Of a DNA stretch of 64,000 nt, positions 39,636 to 54,050 are shown one piece after another (positions within the stretch are counted from its first letter, which is position 1; every line of letters starts with the position of its first letter). The notes under the pieces are model-generated. The model saw nothing but the letters and a program-made list of their open reading frames with translations. It searched no databases and was not told the DNA's origin. Where the stretch lies: assembly GCA_028534125.1 (NCBI GenBank), contig CM052816.1:27034001-27098000 (forward strand). Direction: 5' to 3'. Both the position numbers and the translations under genes were made by a program. The stretch is from Lama glama (lineage: Eukaryota).

Positions 39636-41487
39636 CTTGATAAAAGAAACTGCAGATGAAACAAACAGATGTAAATATATACTGCATTCTTGGATTGGAA
39701 GAATCACTGTTGTTAAAAGAACCATGCTACCCAAGACAATCCACAGATTCAATGCAATCCCTATCAAATTGCCAGCAGCATTTTTCACAGAACTAAGAAA
39801 CAATTTTTTTAATGTGTATGGAAACACAAAAAATCCTGAATAGCCAAAACAACCTTGAGAAAGAAAGCTGGAGGAATCATGCTCACTGACTTCAGACTAT
39901 ACTACAAAGCTACAGTAATCAAAAAAGTATGTTACTGGCACAAAAACAGACATATAGCTCAATGGAACAGGACAGAAAACCTAGAAATGAACCCACACAC
40001 TTACAGTTAATTAATCCATGACAAAGAAGACAAGAAAATACAATGGAGAAAAGACAGTCTCTTCAGTAAGTGGTGCTGGGAAAATTGGACATCTATTAAA
40101 AGAATGAGATTAGAACATTCTCTAACACCATATACAAATATAAACTCAAAATGGATTAAAGACCTAAATGTAAGACCAAATACTATAAAGCTCCTAGAGG
40201 AAAACAAAGACAGAACAACTCTTTGACATAAATCACAACAGTATTTTTTGGATCTATCTCCTAGAGTAATTGAAATAAAAATAAAAATAAACAAATGAGA
40301 CCTAATTAAATGTAAAAGCTTTTACACAGCTAAGGATAGCATAAACAAAATGAAAAAACAACCTACGACTGAGAGAAAAATATCTGCAAATGATGCAACT
40401 GACAAGGGATTAATTTCCAAAATATACAAACAGCTCATACAGCTTAATATAAAAAAAAAAACCCAATCAAAAAAATGGGCAAAAGACCTAAGTAGACATT
40501 TCTTCAGAGAAGACATACAGATGACCAACAGGCACATGGGGAGATGTTCAACACTGCTTATTATTAGAGAGGCAACTCAAAACTACAATGAGTTACCACC
40601 TCACACCTGTCAGAATGGCCATCATTAAAAAGTCTACAAACAATGAATGCTGGAGAGGGTGTGGAGAAAAAAGAACCCTCCTACATTGTTGGTGGGAATG
40701 TAAACTAGTGCAGCCACTATGGAGAACAGTATGGAGGTTCCTTAAAAAACTGAAAATAGACTTCCCATATGATCCTACAATACCACTCCTGAGCATACAT
40801 CTGTAGAAAACTCTAATTCAAAGAGATACATTCACCTCAGTGTTCATAACAGCACTATTTACAATAGCCAAGACATGGAAGCAACCTAAATGTCCATCGA
40901 TAGACGACTGGATAAATAAGTTACGGGGAATATATATATATATATAATATATATATATATATTATATATATATATATGTAATATATATATGTGTGTGTGT
41001 ATACATATATATATATATATATATATATAAAATGAAAATTACTCAGCCATAAAAATAATGAAGTAATACCATTTGCAGCAAAATGGATGGACCTAGAAAT
41101 TATCATACAAAGTGAAGTAAATCAGATGGAGAAAGACAAATATCATATATCACTTATACGTGGAATCTTAAAAAATGATACAAATGAACTTATTTACAAA
41201 CCAGAAATAGGCTCACAGGCATAGAAAACAAACTTATGGTTACCAAAAGGGAAAGCAGGGGTAGGAGGGATAAATTAGTTGAGGATTAGCAGATACAAAC
41301 TCTATATATAAAACAGATAAACAACAAGGACCTACTGTGTAACACAAGCAACTATATCCAATATCTTGTAATAACCTATAATGGAAAAGAACATGAAAAA
41401 AATATTTAACTGAATCACTATGCCGTACACCTGAAACTAATACAATGTTATAAATTAACTATACTTCAGTAATTAAATGATTAAAAA
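39636..41487 (+). mobile_element. 5'-truncated L1 (~1.85 kb: ORF2 C-terminal part plus 3'UTR) with (TA)n expansion at ~40929-41029
   Basis: ORFs 39637, 40350 and 40588 are frameshifted L1 ORF2 (SWIGRI...[22 protein letters not shown]...[24 protein letters not shown], the CCHC domain). Confidence 0.96.
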
Positions 41488-41729
41488 TTCATTCATATTT
41501 TTAATACTTCTGACTCTCAGTAAATTTCTCATTTCCTAACTAAAGCTCAAATGGATATCAATTAACTTTCATCCACAGATCAATTATCTTTTCCAATTCT
41601 TTTGATTTCTATTCTTTTGTAAGGATTACAAAAGTAATTGTTTAATGAAATGTGAAAATAACACAAATGAATGCAGAAGAATCACTCTCCAATTCTTCGG
41701 AAATCTTTATCTTTTTGGTATATCACAAA

Positions 41730-41950
41730 CATGAGGGTCCTGAGGATAGGTCTGAGGTCCAACGGACTAAATTCCTAATCTCAGCTTAGTCTTTTACTAT
41801 GGACGACTATGTCTTTGTTAAGTCTCGTTTTTCTCATCTGAAAAGTGGGGAGAATAATGGTTATTTTCTCATTTAGGTGCCTAAGGATTAAATGAAGTAA
41901 TGCTTATAATATTACTTGGTACTTCATAAGTGTTTAAAATAAATTAGATA
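41730..41950 (+). mobile_element. MIR
   Basis: 'tttttctcatctgaaaagtgggg...aggattaaatgaagtaatgc'. Confidence 0.7.
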
Positions 41951-42309
41951 GTAACTCTAGTTCAGATTTCGACTTAAAGTATGTACTATTGGATATTTAA
42001 TTTAATTAGGGATAAAATATCTGTGTAGAGAAATAAGAAGCTCTTATTTAACATCCTTCTGTGTGAATAAGTTGAATGTAGGGTGTTCTAATTTATTAGC
42101 TCATTTTCAAATAAAGCCTTTGCAAACAACTAGGAATTACAAAATAAAATACCCCCCCAAATGAAAAACTAGACTTCATATAAAAACTGTGTATTACAGA
42201 CACTACCCAGAAGTGTTGTATAAAGGTATTTACTTTTCTAAAGTTTATTCAAGTGCAACTGTGATGCTATATAGAAGCTGAGTTCTCACTCCTAGGCAAC
42301 AATAGTTTC

Positions 42310-42570
42310 ATTTATATAACATTTTACAAGGCATTTTTACATAGTCAGGCTCATTTTATCTTCACAAGATTCTTACCAGAAAGACAGAGGAAATCCAAAC
42401 TTATTATCTGCAAAATATCATCTTATTTTGCAGGTAAGGAAAAGTCAAACTCTGGAGAAGGTAAGTAACTTGCCTTAGGACACAGAGTTCCTAAGGAGGC
42501 AGAACTTACCTTCTGCCACTAGTTCTTGGATTTCCCCCTGCCCCTTCCCCTCCATGCTGCCTCTGAATGA
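42310..42570 (-). mobile_element. MIR
   Basis: 'attttgcaggtaaggaaa...aagtaacttgccttaggacacagag'. Confidence 0.6.
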
Positions 42571-42850
42571 AAACATTTAGAGTTCAGTACAAAAGACCAG
42601 AAAAGGAAAGGTATTTGATTTCACTCTTACCATCTTCCAGGCCCTGTACTTGGAGGGGGTCATGAGACAGGCAACCCTCTAGTTTCCTGCCTCTCTGGAC
42701 TATACTTGTACATAGAAATGTCTCACAATGGCAAGTGAGACTGAAGTGGGAGTGTTCAGGAGAAGGAAAGAGGAGGCTAAGAGTTTCTATGTGGAGAAGG
42801 AGGGCCAGGGTTTAGAGGAAAGGTGAGAGCAGGGAGAATGTGTCTACCCT

Positions 42851-42886
42851 GTTGTTGTTGTTGTTGTTGTTTTTGTTGTTGTTTTT
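42851..42886. repeat. (GTT)n microsatellite
   Basis: Read directly from the sequence. Confidence 0.9.
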
Positions 42887-43029
42887 GCCTAGCCATGAAA
42901 GAACCTCCACCCCTGCCAGTTTTGAAACTTCTGCTGTTTAACTAAGGCAACTAGCAAGCAGTAATGACCTGCTCCATCCTGGAGAGCTGACTTTTTTCCA
43001 GGATCAGAAGGAGTGAACAAATTCTTTTA

Positions 43030-43900
43030 ATAAAATCTTTAACTCAACAATAAAAGGACAAATAACCCAATTAAACAGTGGGCAATAATGTGAATAGAGG
43101 TTTCTCCTAAGGAAGTACACAAATGGCCAAGCACATGAGATGATGCTCAACATCATTAGTCATTACAGAAATGCAAATTAAAATCACAACAAGATACCAC
43201 TTCATACTCACTAGAATGGCTAACCTAAAAAAGACAGACAATAATAAGTGTTGGTGGGGATGTGGGGAAACTGGAACCCTCATGCATTGCTGGTGGAAAT
43301 GTAAAATGGTGCAACAGCTTAGGAAACAGTCTGGCAGTTCCCCAAAAACGTAAACATAGAGTTGACATTTGTTCCAGCAACTATACTCCTAGGTATATAC
43401 TCAACAGAATTAGAAACATGTCCATCCATACAAAAACTTGTACAGTATTATTCATAAAAGCCAAAAACTATAAATGATCCATATGTCCATCAACTGACAA
43501 ATAAACAAAATGTATATGGTATATCCACGTGGTGGAATATTATTTGGCCATAACAAGGAAAGAAGTACTGATACCTGCTATGACACATTTGAAACTTGAG
43601 AGCATTATGTTAAGTGAAAGAAGTCAGACACAAAAGGCCATATATGATATGATTCTGTTTATATGAAATGTCCAGAATAGGCAAATCCAAAGAGACAGAA
43701 AGATCAGTGGTTGCCATGGGCTATGGAAAAGAAGAATGACTATTAATAGGTATCAGACTTCTTTTGGTGATGATGAAAATGTTTTGGAATCAGATAGTGT
43801 TGATGGTTGCACAACTATATGACTATACTTAAACTACTAAATTGTACACTGTAAAAGGGTGAATTTTATGATACATAAATTATATCTCAATTAAAAAATC
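43030..43900 (+). mobile_element. L1MB-type 3' end (ORF2 C-terminus plus 3'UTR)
   Basis: ORF 43171 MQIKITTRYHF..TRMA..KK..NNKCW.GCGE.GTL.HCWW. Terminus 'aaattatatctcaattaaaaa'. Confidence 0.93.
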
Positions 43901-43914
43901 CTTTTCCCAGATGA

Positions 43915-44130
43915 TGATAATGCCTAACATTTATTAAGGGGTAATGCTAGAGACTATGCTATGAATTTTATGGATTATTTTATTTAATTCATACAACAAA
44001 CACAGGGATATGTACTCAATACTTCCATTTGACAGAGCAGGAAACTAAGATTTACAGAGACTGAGTAATTTGCCTCGTGTCATATGGGCTTTGATGGCAG
44101 ACTCTGGTTTTCCCACATGGTGCAGCTGTG
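43915..44130 (-). mobile_element. MIR
   Basis: 'taacatttattaag...ccatttgacagagcaggaaactaag...gagtaatttgcc'. Confidence 0.75.
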
Positions 44131-44369
44131 AGAGTGAGCTTGGCTAGACCCTGTATATTTCCTGTTCTCTCTGTATTACAGTCACTGGGTTCAAAGTTGG
44201 CATTTCTGGACCTTTTGATATTTTGTTCTTTCAGGATTCTACAACTGGATGTTCTACTAGTCAGGAAAAAGAACAGGTCTGAATAGTAGTCCACTCCCCA
44301 CCCCAATAAAGGATTTTGTTGAAGGCTGGCTTCATCCCTTGTTGTTCAAATGTCATTCCCTTTTTTTTT

Positions 44370-44540
44370 AGCACCTCTCACAGCCTAGAGGAGATGTGAT
44401 TAATACTTATCTCCTTCCCTAGACGACAAACTTCACGATGTCAGGGACCATGTCTGTTCTGCTCACCACTGTATACTCACTCAGCAAGTAGCACTGAGCA
44501 TGCAATAGGCACTCACTAAGTATCAACAGAATGACTAAAC
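44370..44540 (+). mobile_element. L2 3' end
   Basis: 'cagggaccatgtctgttctgctcaccactgtat...caataggcactcactaagtat'. Confidence 0.8.
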
Positions 44541-45179
44541 ATCATCACTGTAAGAAGACTCCTACCACTTCTTTACCATCTCCTACCATACAGGGTTCCT
44601 TTTCAGAAATCTGTGTATCATCCTTCTGACTTCTGGATCCAGCACTTAAACTTGACATGGGAGCACTGCAGAACCACTGCTGGCTCACACTCCTGGAAAG
44701 TGACGCACTGGTGGAAAGCCTTGGCTTCGGTTCTAACCTCAGAGACTTCTCTAAAACATTTCCTAAGTGTCCAGCTCCTCCACCCCGACTGCGAGTTTGG
44801 CTTTCACCTCAATTCTTGCCTCCGCTAGTCCTGAGGTTGGTCCATAACAGCGTTTCCCATTAACTCCCCCCAGATCCCCAATAATTTGACACCTAAAAAT
44901 CTAACACCACCACTTAAGTGGTTAAATATGTACATTGCAGTATTCCCAGGATATAAGTAAGTGAAGTATTCCAGAAATGTTAAGTTAATTGCTTTAGGTT
45001 ATACAGCAAATAAATGATACAACCAGAATGGGAAACTACTAGAGTCTGTACTCCTTAAGGCCTGTTTTACATATTTAAGTTTTCCTAATCATGCCCAGCC
45101 CAGTGCCTGGTCCATTATTAAGAGCTTATTTAATATTTGTTGAATAAGAACCCCAATTCTTGCTGGAAGGGACTCACAC

Positions 45180-46080
45180 TCCATTCTGCATCAGATGACT
45201 CCCCAACTCCCAATATATATCGCCTCAACTAAACTTTCTAAGCTATATGAATTCTTGGGTTGGAGTGTCTAAATTCCAAATGTACCTAACTAAACCCACC
45301 AAACCAACCCCACTTTCTTTTTTCACATCACCTATGTTAGCACAACCATTAAAAAAAAATCCATCTTTGGTTGAAATCCATCTTTTCAATTTTGCAGTCT
45401 TATAACTCTACACAAGCAATGGTAAAGTCCTATAGATTCTGCTTGTGCAATACCTCTGTGTTCTCATTCAATTCCCATTACCACCACCCTAATTCAGACT
45501 CTCATTACCTTTCAACTAGACTTATCATAATAACAGATTCTGACTTTCCCTATCTCTAAGCTCTCCCAACTCCAATAGTGACTAGATACTGTTTCTAGAT
45601 TAGCTTTTCTGATTCTGATATATTCTTCTTAAACACTCTCAATAACTCCCAACACTATGTTGTCCAATTTCAAATTTTATGTAATTCAAAGTCTTTCAAA
45701 AAAAATTATCCCAACTAACCTTTCTATCCTTATTTTCCCCTTCTAAGTACACAATTTCTTTGAGCAAGCTGAAAGGAACTCCTCAGTATTCCCTGGACAT
45801 AACTCATTCCCTCTCTCCATACTACTATGATTTATTCCTTATGTTCAAATGCATCTTGACCTGAGCATACCAAATGAAAGCTCTCCAGGAATTTTTTCTT
45901 GACTCCTGCCACCAGATGAAGTATTGCCAGTTTGGACTCTTCCAGAGATCTTTTATGCCTCTTCTGTGGCTTATCTACCTTGTGTTACCGTTTTTGGTGC
46001 AAGTATCATCATCCCTAGTAGATAATGAGGTCAGGGTCCATAACTTATACAACTTTGCAACCTGTACACCAAACTAGTAT
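45180..46080 (+). mobile_element. Decayed L2
   Basis: 'gatgactccccaa...tccaaatgtacctaactaaac...caagcaatggtaaagtcctatagattctgc'. Confidence 0.6.
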
Positions 46081-47721
46081 TTTTTACAGACTGAGAAATT
46101 GTGGACTTTAAATAGCTCTTTCTTTTATCATCCATTTCTTCCATTTACATACCAAAAAAATCCACTTCATTTTCAAAATGTTATAAAGCTGATAAACCCA
46201 ACTCATGTAACTAAAGCTTTCTGCTCAGCTCACTCATATATTACATGTATACGAAACTGTTTACTAGCTTCATGTAATTGAATAATATTTATATTTAGAA
46301 AATATCAACTTTTAAAGACATCATAGCATATGGTAACTAAAAACTTTAGATATTCCTAGTTCCAATTAATTTTTAAGAGGAAAATAACAACAGGAAAATT
46401 TAAACATTTTAAAGGCACAAGGGAGGAGCCAAGAGGCTAGTCTCAGTCTACCCCATGGAATGCAAGTTTCTGGCTCCTAAAAATATTTAGTTATCTTTTT
46501 GGCTGCTTCTGAGTAGCAGTGTCTGGTGTCAGAGGGATTCTCCTCTCTTGTGGATAAAAAATGAAGTTTGAAAGAATGTTCATTACCATTCAGGTATGTG
46601 TTGACCGAAATGACTTTTCATCTGCCAAAATGTGTATACTGGCTTCTGTCTCATCTACAGAACTCTGAAACTAAAAGTAATTGATCAAATTAGCTTGACC
46701 ACAACCCCCCACTAGTTCTTTCACAATTGCAGTTTGTTAACCTTAGTACACTGTTTATTTAAACCATGTGGATGACATCATGAAAACCACCCCTGTTTCA
46801 TCAAAGCATGTTGCAGACTATGAAAAACAATTTGGTTTCAAAGCCACTCTAAGCTATGGTCTTTTTTTCTTTTCTTCCCTATATGAAAGATAAAAATGTA
46901 AAACTCCAGTTCTTCGTCATTCAATTTTTACTCCAGCTGGCTCTCCCCCAGGAAAATGGAAGCATTCTCATGTCATTTAGAATGAAGCAAACTAAAATAT
47001 CAAACAAGTTTGCTTCAGTCCTGGAAAAGGAGACTTGATGACAGAAACTGTTATTTGGATACTCCTCTTATCCTTTATTTGCCAAGGTCACTTTTCTACA
47101 CTGTATAATGGTTTCTTGTAAAACTGCCTGCCACATTAACGCCCAGCAAGATACTTAAGCTAGAATTAATCACAGGACTAGTAAGCTATTTTCCATTGGC
47201 TAGGAAGTTTATCCTCCTTCTTGGTGTCCTTATGTTCCTGTACAAGCTCTGAGCTGCTTTGTTTAGAAAGCTTGGTGTATGGATGTATAATGCTCACTTC
47301 CAAGGCAGGCTAAGTTCCTTGTCTCCCATGGTGTTTCTGCTATCACAGTTTCAACATCATTCCATAACCACAGCTACCTCCTTAGCGTAAGTATTAGCAC
47401 CTGTAAAGCCTAATTTTTGAATATTGGTAGGAGATGAATGGATTGCAATTCAGAAGGTAATTACTGCTTTACTGGTGGTACCAACAGGAGACAATAATCC
47501 AAAGGAAAAATTAATACAAGTAATGCAATCAAGGACAGATTTCATTTGTGGGCACTTGCAATCTTTATCATCTTGGATGATAAACCTACCCTTTTAGACT
47601 GTGAGAATGCATTAAACTTACTAACCTTACGTGTGCCACTAGGCTTGTTTTAGGTACTATTGGGGGTTAAAAGTGTATAAAGTCATGGTCATGGTCAAAG
47701 TGTATAACTGATAACTTAGTT

Positions 47722-47970
47722 CAGCATTTCCAAAACTGTGTTCGTTAGACCACTAGTTCTAAGACATGCTCTGTGAAAACTGAATTCCATGTACAAAGTT
47801 TGAATTCCGTCTTGAAAAATCCTAACATATTCCTAGCCCTGAGAAATCCCGAACTGAAAAAATATGTTAAATCTGCTGAACCTAGAGTTTATCTCATTTA
47901 TTTGATCATGGATCACTGTTATTATGCAATACCTTTAAGCAATTCATGGCATGTATTTTGGGAAATGCTT
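47722..47970. mobile_element. hAT-Charlie MITE (MER112/Charlie4-like)
   Basis: TIRs cagcatttccaaaa ... tttgggaaatgct. Confidence 0.7.
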
Positions 47971-48245
47971 GCTCAATAAGCTTGAGTACAGGGATTGTAT
48001 ATGCTCCTTCTTTTGTATCACCCACAGAAATATCCACAATCAGTTTTTAGAAATATGTGATTAAGTGAAAATATCGTCAAACCCATGCTGTTAGAGAAGA
48101 GGCTCTGAAATTTCAGTCCAGAGACAGGTGTCTGCTGCCTGCATTACCATTTCTTTGGAAAGTGTTATAAATATAAATTTCTGGATTCTGGTCCTGAAGT
48201 TTCTAATTCACTATATTTGAGGCTGGGTCTGAGAATCTGCATTAA

Positions 48246-48645
48246 AATTGTCATACTAAGTGAAGTAAGCCAGAAAGAGAAAAATTACCATATCATATCA
48301 CTAGTATGTGGAATCCAAAAAAAGGACACAAATGAACTTATTTTCAAAACAGAAACAAACTAATAGACATAGAAAACACACTATGGTTACCAGAGGGAAA
48401 GGGGTTGGGGAGGGATAAATTGGGAGTTCAGGATTTGTAGATACTAACTACTATATATAAAATGGATAAACAACAAGGTTCTATTGCATAACACAGGGAA
48501 CTATATTCAGTACCTTGTAATGGCCTGTAATGAAAAAGAATATGAAAGGGAATATATTTATATATTTATATATATAAATGACTTACTATGCTGTACACCA
48601 GAAACTAACATAACATTGTAAATTGACTATACCTCAATAAAAAAA
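48246..48645 (+). mobile_element. Lineage-specific L1 3'UTR inserted in a MER5-like MITE
   Basis: 'attgtcatactaagtgaagtaagccagaaagag...ctgtacaccagaaactaac...aataaaaaaa'. Flanked by MER5-like 'gagaatctgcatt' and 'cccaagttattct'. Confidence 0.9.
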
Positions 48646-49394
48646 TTTTTTTCCCAAGTTATTCTCAGTCATGGCTAATTTAGGAAGTAATGATTAGTAT
48701 ATATAAAAAAAAAGAAAGAAGGAAAAAAAAAGAGGCTCAAGTTGAGCATTTGGTATCTTTTAATAAAGGTTGTCCATTCCATGGTCACAAACTAAGTTCT
48801 AGCTTTGAAAATATTTGTCCACTGTAATCCATCTAGACTGTGAATGAACCTGACCAAGTCCAAAGCACTGAGCCTGAAGGTTGGTCAAGTTACCTTTGCA
48901 TACAGAAAATTTTCAAAATTAGCACAAACCCAAGGTTTTGAAGAACCTGTACTGGGCCAAGAGAAAATGGAAATAATAGTAAGTATTTATTTATTTAACA
49001 TTGATCATCCCCTCCCAGTGCGGGTTAATACCGTTGTAGATGCATCACTGTTATCTATAATGACTGGTAAACAGGGAAAGAGCTAGAAAAAGAGATGTGA
49101 AATATTTCTGGAATTGAGAGTTTTTTGGACTGCAGTGGATCTGTACTGCTGGCCAATATTTAATGCAATACAACTATACTTTAATAAAAAATTTTAAGTG
49201 ATTATATAGCTCTATATTAATTGACATGGAAAGATATTCATTAAATAAAAGAAAAAGGAAAAGAAATTCAAGGTACATGATTAAGTGAAAAAGCAGAATA
49301 CCAATACGTATGATCCCACCTCAAGTTTCTATATACTTAGTATATAAAATTAAATATATAATAATAACTAAAGGGAAATAATAACTAAAGTTTG

Positions 49395-49620
49395 TTAACC
49401 TGAGATGATGTGCAGGCACTGTTCTAAGCACTTCATATGCATTAACTTACTTATTTCTTACAACCACCTATTAAGGTGCCTTTTCTTATGCTCTTCTTCT
49501 GCTTTGAGACTGAAGCACTAAGACACTTGCTCAAGGTCACAAAGCTAGTAAATGGTAGAGCTGACAGATTTTGAACCCAGGCAGTCTGGTTCCACAGCTC
49601 ACATTCTTAACCTCTTGCCT
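49395..49620 (-). mobile_element. MIR
   Basis: 'caaggtcacaaagctagtaaatggtagagctg...tttgaacccaggcagtctgg'. Confidence 0.88.
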
Positions 49621-50879
49621 ATAAGAAATGTACCAAAATATTAATACTATTTGAGTTATTTTCATTTTTATTCCTTTATGGACTGTTACAATTTCTTCTT
49701 CAGTCAGCATGCATTGCTTTCAAATTACAGAAAACAAACTTTTGAATGAAAGTGAAGAACAACTTCTCCACCTAAAGAATTTAGTAATAAATACAACAGA
49801 TCCTCAAATGACATCCTACTATTTAGGGGTCAGTTTAGCAGTCTAAACTAAACTCTTTAAGGATTACATGTATCTTAACACTACAGATAAGGCTGTAAAA
49901 ACTTTGCAATGTCGTGAGTTCTCCAGTTAAAGATGAATCAGTGGCAAAGAATTGCAATATAATCCAGTATATCTTAAGACCTGAATTATACTTTAAAACT
50001 TGGATGTTGATGAATGGATGACATAGTTTTTTTGTATTTATTATGTGAAAAGGTCCTAGGGCACAAGTCTACAAGATGAACATGCCCACATACTGCTTAG
50101 CTCCTGCACGAACTAAAAATAAAAACACTGCCTTCCATCTCACCTGCTTAGTGGGCTCCTGCTTATTGATGTGTGACAGCATCTCACTGGCTGACAAGAA
50201 AAAGGCCTTTAAGGGTACTCTGAACTCAACCTCCAAGTCATACACCAACTCCAGTAAGAGGTTCTTATAAAATGCCCCTGAAATTCAGTGTCACGTTTCA
50301 TGATTGTTAAGTAGTATAAAAAAGTAACTGTCCTATCAGTTTGATGACTCTTCTGTTTTATCATTTTCAAATGAGAAATCCCTTCCTCCTATATATTATA
50401 GTTGAACTCTAATTAGCTCTATCTAGAAGAAATCTCAGGTAAAATACAGTTTCATTCTTCTAGATAACCCAATTTAGTCCCTAAGTGGATATCAGATTAC
50501 CACAGACAACGTTGCAAAGTTTCTGGGGTCCGTGAGTAACTACTATTGGAGCAATATTTATTGAGTAAATACTACATGTATTTGCAGCAGAACTGTCCTA
50601 GGTGTGTTGGGAAAGAAAAAGAAACATAAATACCTGTCACTCTTCTATCACTCCAATTGATTTCTTGTGTTCCACAGATCAAGTGACAGCTAGAAACTGC
50701 AATTCAGAAACTGGATGATTTTGAACAGAGGGAAGGGAGCGATTAAGGTGACAATGATATAGTTAGGAGGTTCAGTATTAGACAGCTTGACTTGTGGGCT
50801 CATGGTGTTTGCTATTCCTTAAACTGGGGAAGAGAATGTAAGTTAGATGTTTTTCTAATAGTAAGCATAATATATACAA

Positions 50880-51810
50880 TACAAACATTTAAAACTATAT
50901 AGATAGATAGAAAAATCACAGGAAAATTTCACTGCTGACAGATAAAAATGTTCTTTTTTGTTAGGCATCTTTCCTTCCAAAATCCGCCCCCTCCAAATTC
51001 AAAAACTGTTTTAAAAATGGGTTTCTCACTTAATAATATGCCTTGGAGTTTTTCTGTTAATAACTATAACTCTAAATTGTTAATTTTTAAATAGTTGGTT
51101 ATTTCACTGTAAGAAAGGGTCATAATAAATTATTTAATTTAATCTTTTTGGAGGTTTTGTTTATTCCAACATTTTTGGTACACTATATACAATGCCACTG
51201 TATGCATACAAACATACATACATATACTCACATTCATTTGAGTATATATATGTGTATGTTTCTATTTATATGATATGTGTATGTTTACATGATACGTAAT
51301 ATGTATATTTTTGGTCTTTCATTTGATTATTTCCTCAAGAATTTCCTTGGAATTGTGGTGGCATCAGAGGGTAAACACATTTACATCTTGATACAATATT
51401 ACTGGATTGCTCTCCAAAAGGGTTGAAAGAGCTTATCCCCTGACCCACAAAATGAGAGTGCTTGCATGGAGACAAATCACCAATATTCAGTACAATGAAT
51501 GTTTCAATACTTTGGATTGTTCTAGGTAAGAAAAGTAGCTTTATTTTGGTAACAAGTAAAGTTGAGTATCTTTTAACATGGTTAGTGTCTATTTTATATT
51601 CTTTCATGACTTGCCTGCTCATGGCTTTTGCCCCCACATTTTTACTGAGACATTTATCTTTTTCTAATAGATTTTATATTACTCTTTATACATTCATTAT
51701 TTAATTTTAATTGGTCATATCCATCATAGTGTTTGCCCAGTTCATTTTATCTTTACTTATGTGTTTTCTTTTCTTCTTTTGTTTTCATATGGAATTTTAA
51801 AATCTCTAAT
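50880..51810 (-). mobile_element. Old L1ME fragment
   Basis: ORFs 51335(-) and 51462(+) show L1 ORF2 C-terminal remnants. Confidence 0.7.
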
Positions 51811-51823
51811 AAAAAGAAATTGA

Positions 51824-51971
51824 AGGGGGAGGGTATAGCTCGGGGTAACGTGCATACATAGCACACAGGAGGTCCTGGGTTCAATCCCCAGTAACTTTGT
51901 TTAAAAAAAAACAAAACCCCAAACCTAACTACCTCCCCGTGACACACACAATTTTTTTTTTAATTAAAAAG
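51824..51971 (+). mobile_element. Vic-1-type camelid SINE, full length
   Basis: ggggagggtatagctcggggta (A-box) ... gggttcaatcccc (B-box), then an A-rich linker and 'aaacctaactacctcccc'. TSD agaaattga (51815-51823 / 51972-51980). Confidence 0.9.
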
Positions 51972-53689
51972 AGAAATTGACTAGAAAAAAAGTTTTCCCA
52001 GGGAGCCTCTGTTGTTTGTTACTGTTCTTCCTTAATCCAACTTACAGAAAACAAATCAAAGATCACTAATGAAACATAGGTGTGCTTATCCAGTTTGAAT
52101 AATCAATGTATTCAGTATTTTATTGTAAGCAGCTGATATTTTCTAAGTATTTACCATTCTTTAAAGTATGAACTAGAACATCTTTTCTCCATGTAATTTG
52201 TTTATTGTAAGACACACAATTTTATTTTTCTAATTTTTTATAATTTAGTATATATTTGTATATATACATATATCTGTCTTTACACTTTAGGCGCTTATGT
52301 GGAAACACACACACAATGTTTAGAGATTTGGTAATTTGTATATATTTGCATATATTCACAGACATACATGTATCATGGTTTAGCATTGTCAGGGAGCATT
52401 TATTGAGCTCAAGAATGTATCAACTATAGGAAATAACACTGCCCTATGTCGTTAATAGAAATGGAAGTGTGTTACAAGCATTTACTACTCACAGAACTCG
52501 CATTTGCACTCTTTTTAAAGTGTAATGTATCTGACCTTTTTGTTTTGGTAACCAAAAGGTAGCAGAAAAGACAGTAATTCAGCTGCGGGCCAATGTAAGC
52601 AGTTTTGGCACATGCTTGCCAAATACCATTTTACACACACCCACTTGCAAAGCAAATAGCGATCTTGTTGCACAGCCCAGCTCCGTGTGTTCAGTCAAAT
52701 TTCCTCTGAAGAAATCACGAAGGGAGCTGCCATCTGCAATTCAAATAGGTCATATGTCACCTCTGGCTTTTAATGAAAATGTGAAACCCATGGGCCCAAT
52801 TCTCTCTGCTTGGCTCTGTATGTGTAAAGGGTAAGTTGAAGAGAAATAATTAAGGACAGACTGGGAACTTTTGGAAAAACTAAACCAGGGATTAACTCAG
52901 ATGCACTAAGAGTTGTTTAAATTCTTTTTGACCTTGTCTTATAAACACAGCCTGTTTTAGTAACCTTGACTGCTTTGCTAAGTTGACTCGTCGACACAGC
53001 ATCTCCCTGTGAGGTAGGTTCCTAAGCATTTCATCAAACATGAGACCAAGAGATAGAAGTAATAGTATGTTTCGTATCTGAATTATTACTTCAGGACACG
53101 TTATACAGACTCTTTAAAAGTAAAAGGATTTTCATGCTCACATTTCTGATTCAGTTGGGGGCCATACTTTTATTGCTACATGGACTTGAAGAGACTCCAA
53201 GCTCATTTTGATCGCTGGTGCAAGGGTAAAATATATTTGAGTAATTTGCCACTTGTTTATTATTGTCACTGAATCTGCACTGTGAAACTTATTTTTAGTT
53301 AATGAAAGCTGTTGTATATGAGTGGGCCTCTCAGACGCCAACAGAATACACCAAGACCCCAGTGTCAGAAGTTGAGTAATGCTTTCTGTACTTTATCTTT
53401 TCTTCTAGGCAAATTTTATAGATTTTGGGGCAAATTCTTTCACTCATCTAAGATACCTTTTTGAGGATATATGCAAAATACTAGCAACTGGTAAAATATA
53501 AAATGTAAATAAAATGTAAATAATTTTTGTTACAGTTTTTATGACAGATTAGAATAATGACACAACCTTTTTACTTTATCATAAATTGATGTTTTAAAAT
53601 CTTAAAGTATAGTTCATAAGACAGTAGATCTGAATTTAAGAAATTTGAAGAATGGTTCTGCATCAATAATCCCTTGGGTGGGTGTGAGA

Positions 53690-54050
53690 TTAGTAGGCAT
53701 TAGGGTTTCAATAGAACTTAGTGGAATTATGCACAGTGAGGGTTTTCCTCTTGGTTCTATGTTTAAATTGGATCTCATGAGGTTTCTGTGAGTATTTAAT
53801 AAGATTATACATAATGTTTAGAGCATATTGCCTTACTTGCATAGAGCAGGGGCTCAAGAAATGTTACTCTCTTAAGCTAATAACCCAGGCTTCCCCAACA
53901 CAGGTACCACCAGGAATTATTATTCCCACATTATAGCTGAAGAAACTGAGGTTTAGAGACATTGAGGAACTTTCCCAATTCACACAGTAAGTGACAGAAC
54001 TGGGATTCAAATAAAGGCTTGTTGACACTTGAGCTTAACCTCTGTGATAT
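53690..54050. mobile_element. Two MIR fragments in opposite orientation
   Basis: Plus-strand copy 'ctcatgaggtttctgtgagtatttaataagat'. Minus-strand copy 'cccacattatagctgaagaaactgagg...gtaagtgacagaactgggattcaaa'. Confidence 0.7.

Noticed and set aside
39637..40806. Series of ORFs with recognisable protein motifs
   Set aside because: Broken ORF2 of a 5'-truncated L1, which is neither functional nor retrotransposition-competent.
51824..51900. tRNA-like sequence with A- and B-boxes
   Set aside because: It is a SINE head with an A-rich tail and TSD, not a tRNA gene.
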